Shown here: piece after piece, positions 21,200 to 25,424 of the stretch
Position numbering within the stretch: the stretch's first letter is position 1
Layout of the letters: each line of letters starts with the position of its first letter
Assembly: GCA_024626585.2 (NCBI GenBank)
Contig: JANKJI020000004.1
Coordinates: 75,238,708 to 75,264,131, forward strand
Origin: Ginkgo biloba
Taxonomy: Eukaryota > Plantae > Ginkgophyta
Reading direction: 5' to 3'
Length of the DNA stretch: 25,424 nucleotides
Notes under the pieces: model-generated
The model's input: the letters and a program-made list of their open reading frames with translations, nothing else
Databases searched by the model: none
Told to the model about the DNA's origin: nothing
Translations under genes and position numbers: made by a program

Positions 21200-22940
21200 T
21201 TGAAAAAAAAAAATCATTTGATATTCCATCAAACACTCTTTTTCTAAATGTGTTCACCATTTCTTAACCCTCTTCTTTAGGTTTTATTATATAGTTGTCA
21301 AAATAATGAATTTTAATCATTTAATTATACTATTCCATTACCAAATCATGAGATTCTAGCATATCTAAATTCATGCTACCAAAACTTAGGGCTCTATCAT
21401 CATTTGGTTCCTAGTTTTCTTTATCATAAGTAAAAATATTTTTAACATCCTATAGAAAATCCATATCATCATCTTTTAATTATTCTTTAAAAGATGTATT
21501 TTCATCCTTGATAATTTATAGCGTTCCCTTTGTTCTATCATAGGGAAAATAAAGCTATGTTACACCTTATTTGAACTTGATTTACTCTTATTTATAGACT
21601 AATATATTCTCTTATTACTTTGATTCATTTCCTTCCTAGTAAAAACTTATAATAACTANNNNNNNNNNTTTTCTAAGGAAATCATATCCAAATTTTTTTT
21701 TTTTTTCATCATACCACAAGATATCTTTAATTTTACAATCTTACCTTTAGGAGTAACTTAATTTTGATCCACCATGTTTGTAATATTTTTTGAATGCACC
21801 ATTTGAGGAAATCCAATTTGTCTCCACATTCTTGGAGATATATAATTTACCTTTGAATCAATATCTATAATTATTCCTTTAATATTATTTTTTAAAATAG
21901 AATTTTTAGAGGAGGTTGTATACCTTCTATTTGACATCTCTTTTTCCAATTTTTAGTGTAGCATTTGTATCCACCTCTATTGATTCTTATATGACTTGGC
22001 CAAATTTATTTAATGTTATTTTATCCATTGTAAGACATTTTATCATTTATTTAAAAAGAGAATTTTATCTTTTATTTTATTAATATCTAACTCTTCTCAT
22101 AAATGTACATTATTTTTGTAGAATATTGAATTCATAGAAGTTTTTTATTTATTGCCTTTTATTGTTATTAGAGTATCATTTATTTATATTTCTTATACTT
22201 TTCCTTATGATATTTTGGTTCCAAATACTCCATTTTTACTTTGACTTTATCTTTAGTAGTATACCTTTTTCTTAGTACTTTTTCATTATTTGATTTATCC
22301 TTGAGAAATCCTTATGGATAAGCCCTTGTTCTAAGATGCATTTTCCTATCTTGGTAGAGCTTTGAGTTTTCCTATACTCTCATCAACTTTAATAATTTGA
22401 ATTTCTCCACTAATACTAGATAGTCTTTAGTTTCATGATCACCTATTATACAAATGTAGCATAGTCTTTAGTTTCATGATAATCTATTCTACAAATGTAA
22501 CATACTTTAATGCTTAGAATTGTTAATCAAAAAAATATTAAAGTATTAACCCATCCATTGTACCTAAAACACTTCATGATTCCAAGTATTCAACCTTAAA
22601 TTATATGTGATATACTTTTAATGATCCTTCATATTTATAATTGCTTCTTGAGTTCACACTTAAAAATCCTTCTTTTATTATTATCTCTTCTCTCATATCT
22701 TCTTCGATATTTTTTTTTTCCCATCAATTATCTTGGCTATGACACTATGTCTTATGTCTAAAATAATTATTACTAGAATTTTGTTTTCTTCCCCCTATCT
22801 CTTCATCTTTTGGGGGGGAAGTACTTTCTTTATTACCTATTCTTTATTTCATGGAAATTCATTCCGGTAATGATATCCATCACAATCATTTCAATCCATT
22901 TTTTCTCTTTTCCTTAATGTTTTTCTAGCCAACTTTTTCA
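21200..22940 (-). pseudogene. Ty3/gypsy gag zinc-knuckle plus aspartic protease region, decayed
   Basis: Knuckle CYICxxxxHETKD(Y) at 22420-22503. Protease GIIIDIDSKVNYISPRMWRQIGFP..VDQN..PKG..YKFLLGRK at ~21625-21885. It is co-oriented with and upstream of the RT at 19190-20025. Confidence 0.8.
22420..22501. repeat. 41-bp tandem duplication (2 copies, 37/41 identical)
   Basis: ATAGTCTTTAGTTTCATGATCACCTATTATACAAATGTAGC and ATAGTCTTTAGTTTCATGATAATCTATTCTACAAATGTAAC. Confidence 0.95.
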
Positions 22941-23449
22941 TACNNNNNNNNNNNNNNNNNNNNNNNNNNNNNNNNNNNNNNNNNNNNNNNNNNNNNNNNN
23001 NNNNNNNNNNNNNNNNNNNNNNNNNNNNNNNNNNNNNNNNNNNTGTCTAATATTCTTGTGAATGTTCATGCTTTGATTTATCATTGAATCTTGGTGATTG
23101 ATGTTGATAGATCTTTGTCTTCAAATCTTATTGGATGCATAAAATATCATATAGGATTCTTTACAGGTTGATTTGATATATTCACAAGTCAACTATAGAA
23201 TAGTCTTAGGATTCATATGATTGGTGCACATTTCTAGAATTTATTTTTTAGGTTTTTAACTAATTACGGACCATACTATATTTTTGTGATGTGTTTCCAT
23301 GGTAGTGTATTTTTGCAGCGTGTTTCCACTAATTCCTTTACACTAGAAATTATAGATATGAAGGTGAACATACTTATTTCTATGTTCACATACTTATTAG
23401 GATATCTAAATGTTTTATAAAGGCTAGGTACCTTAGCATATGGATCATA

Positions 23450-24050
23450 TTTTAAGGAATTTATAAATCAAAGGTTATAGTAATAGATTGAAATATTGCC
23501 TCGATAAAGATAATTTCTTCTTCAACATATGTAATAGACTATGACTACTAATCATATTTAGAAGGTGAATATTACATGTTGTGTTGTAGTTTCTTTACAT
23601 GGGATTAAATTAATCAAAGTGTATACTAAGCTAGAAATGAGGTTCATGATGGAACCATCAATGTATAAAGTTAGATGGTTGGATCCAATATTTGGAGGCC
23701 TACTACAATATTCAAGGATTTAATAACCCAACAAAGACCATTATTATCTAGTTAATAATAGTAAAGTATGCATTGCCTTTATAGAAGTACTATGTGATTC
23801 ATTCAAACAATCCATATACCACTAAATAGGAGTTGTTATCAAGCATATTGATATAAATATTCTATCCTTTAGGCTACATGAATAGGCTTTGACAAAAAAT
23901 GGCAACACCTCAAGTAAAATAATAATTGATTAATTCAATAGTCTATAGATAAATTCCATAAGATGGAAATCAGGTTATACACATAATAATATGAAGAAAA
24001 TATGGCTTTTAATTTCATTACATATTATACACCAATATTTATTAAGAGGC
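23450..24050 (-). mobile_element. Possible Tat/Ogre-type remnant (RNase H followed by archaeal-type RNase H)
   Basis: Minus-strand HFLSKPI (~23885-23905), then HLTLYIDGS (TLYIDGS at 23651-23671; cf. WxLYFDGS) and VEEEII (cf. AEYEAL). Heavily decayed. Confidence 0.3.
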
Positions 24051-24399
24051 TAGTCTCTTTGAAATTAATATTTTAGACATGGATTATAGGTAGAGGCAAG
24101 GAGAATATCAAAGCATGTTCTAATAAAGAATAAAAATAAATAAATATAAACTCAAAATAAAAATTATCTTCAAGGGTTTATAGGCAATGATCCCAAATAT
24201 TTTTAAAATCATTACAAATTTAAGGGACATTCTAAAGAAATTTTTTTGTTCAAAGAAGAAATCNNNNNNNNNNNNNNNNNNNNNNNNNNNNNNNNNNNNN
24301 NNNNNNNNNNNNNNNNNNNNNNNNNNNNNNNNNNNNNNNNNNNNNNNNNNNNNNNNNNNNNNNCCTAATGATATACAAATCAATTTGGTGACAAAGATT

Positions 24400-25424
24400 A
24401 TTATTTATGAGCTGGTGTTGAATGGTAAAGACCAGAAGTGATTATTCCTCTAGTGGAGAACCATTGTTTTTAGGGTTGATAACTGATAGAGCCCCAAGAG
24501 TCCAAAAAATAATGAAAAGAACAAAGGAAGATGTTGTTGAGGCAAGATTCATGAAATTGGAGTCTAATGTGGAGACCATTCTATAAATNNNNNNNNNNNN
24601 NNNNNNNNNNNNNNNNNAGATTTAGGTTCAGCATCTCCTAAGAGAGATCAATGAGAGCATAGTAGTTCTAAGACTAATTAGAAAGGGACTTTTAAAGAAG
24701 ATACTCATTCTCCCAAGAATCCATTTAAAGTTGAGGCCAAAGTGGATATCAAGCCTTATGATGGTGAGATGAACCCAGAAAAGATGAACAATTGGTTAAG
24801 ACAACTTGAATTTTATTTTAGATGTTATGGATTTTANNNNNNNNNNNNNNNNNNNNNNNNNNNNNNNNNNNNNNNNNNNNNNNNNNNNNNAGAGGGATAC
24901 GCATTTCTATGGTGGAAAATCTTGTTTCAAGAAAGGTTCCTTACCAAGAAAAAATTAGTAACTGATTGGGAGGAATTTAAGACTCTTATTAAAATGTAGT
25001 TTTACCCTATGGATTACAAGGAAGAGAAAGAGTTTTGATGGCACTACCTAAGACAATGCCAAGGGCAAGGAGTCAAAGAGTATATGGTTGAATTCTATAA
25101 ATAATGCATTATTTTGGGCATTGACCAAGCAGACTAATAAATCATGATAAAGTACCTTAGTGGGTTGCATATCCATATCAAGAAAGAATTCATCTTGTTT
25201 TAAGTGAAGACTCTTGATGAAGTATGCAAGAAGGCCATGTATATTAAGGCAAAGCATGCTTGAATACTTATTGAACCACTGGTACCTCCAAATATGAGAA
25301 AAAGAAGACTCGAGAAGGGAAAAAATAAACCAAGAAAAAATAAGTTCGTCATTTTTTTCCAAAAGAGCCTCCAATGCAAGAATTTTCATAAGAGTAGCTA
25401 TAAGAAGGATCATTGTTGGGAGTT
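24400..25424 (+). pseudogene. gag: Ty3/gypsy (chromovirus-like) gag, decayed, running off the window end
   Basis: PFKVEAKVDIKPYDGEMNPEKMNNWLRQLEFYF..EGYAFLWW..DWEEFKTLIKM*FYPMDYKEE..WHYLRQCQGQGVKEY..KYLSGLH. A possible degenerate PBS TGGTGACAAAG lies at 24386-24396. Confidence 0.9.

Noticed and set aside
1654-21232. Long ORFs in the track (e.g. 3509..4306, 11875..12942, 14059..14682, 20131..21232)
   Set aside because: They consist almost entirely of X from N-runs and are artefacts of gaps lacking stop codons.
6055-24363. Six exactly 100-N runs (6055, 8494, 10004, 19062, 22944, 24264) as a periodic feature
   Set aside because: These are standard unknown-size scaffold gaps. Adjacency across them should not be interpreted biologically.
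25048-25413. 121-aa minus-strand ORF (likewise 3178..3435 and 15277..15480)
   Set aside because: Antisense shadows of decayed gag/pol frames with no recognisable motifs.

Overview
AT-rich eukaryotic (plant) nuclear DNA from a gappy draft assembly, with about 20 N-runs, six of them exactly 100 N. A large-genome seed plant such as a gymnosperm is plausible but not provable from sequence alone. From ~2.9 kb onward the window is a nested set of decayed LTR retrotransposons. These include Ty3/gypsy RT, RNaseH and integrase fragments on + (2990-3538, 6155-6958); a chromovirus-like gypsy with PBS, gag and pol on + (~10540-17990), split by an insertion and a microsatellite; a Ty1/copia RT-RNaseH, PPT and LTR end on - (~18030-19061); a gypsy gag-PR-RT-RH on - (19190-22940); and a further gypsy gag on + (24400-25424). 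No intact protein-coding gene, RNA gene or CRISPR array is supported. The two most notable items are (i) a decayed, intron-containing Plant Mobile Domain (MAIN/MAIL1-like) gene fused directly to a truncated integrase (6960-8443), and (ii) a CpG-retaining, non-TE-like first ~1.5 kb with minus-strand splice signals and a duplicated 22-nt AG-leader-ATG cassette ahead of two different micro-ORFs. Neither is demonstrably a new system. All translations and alignments were done by eye.
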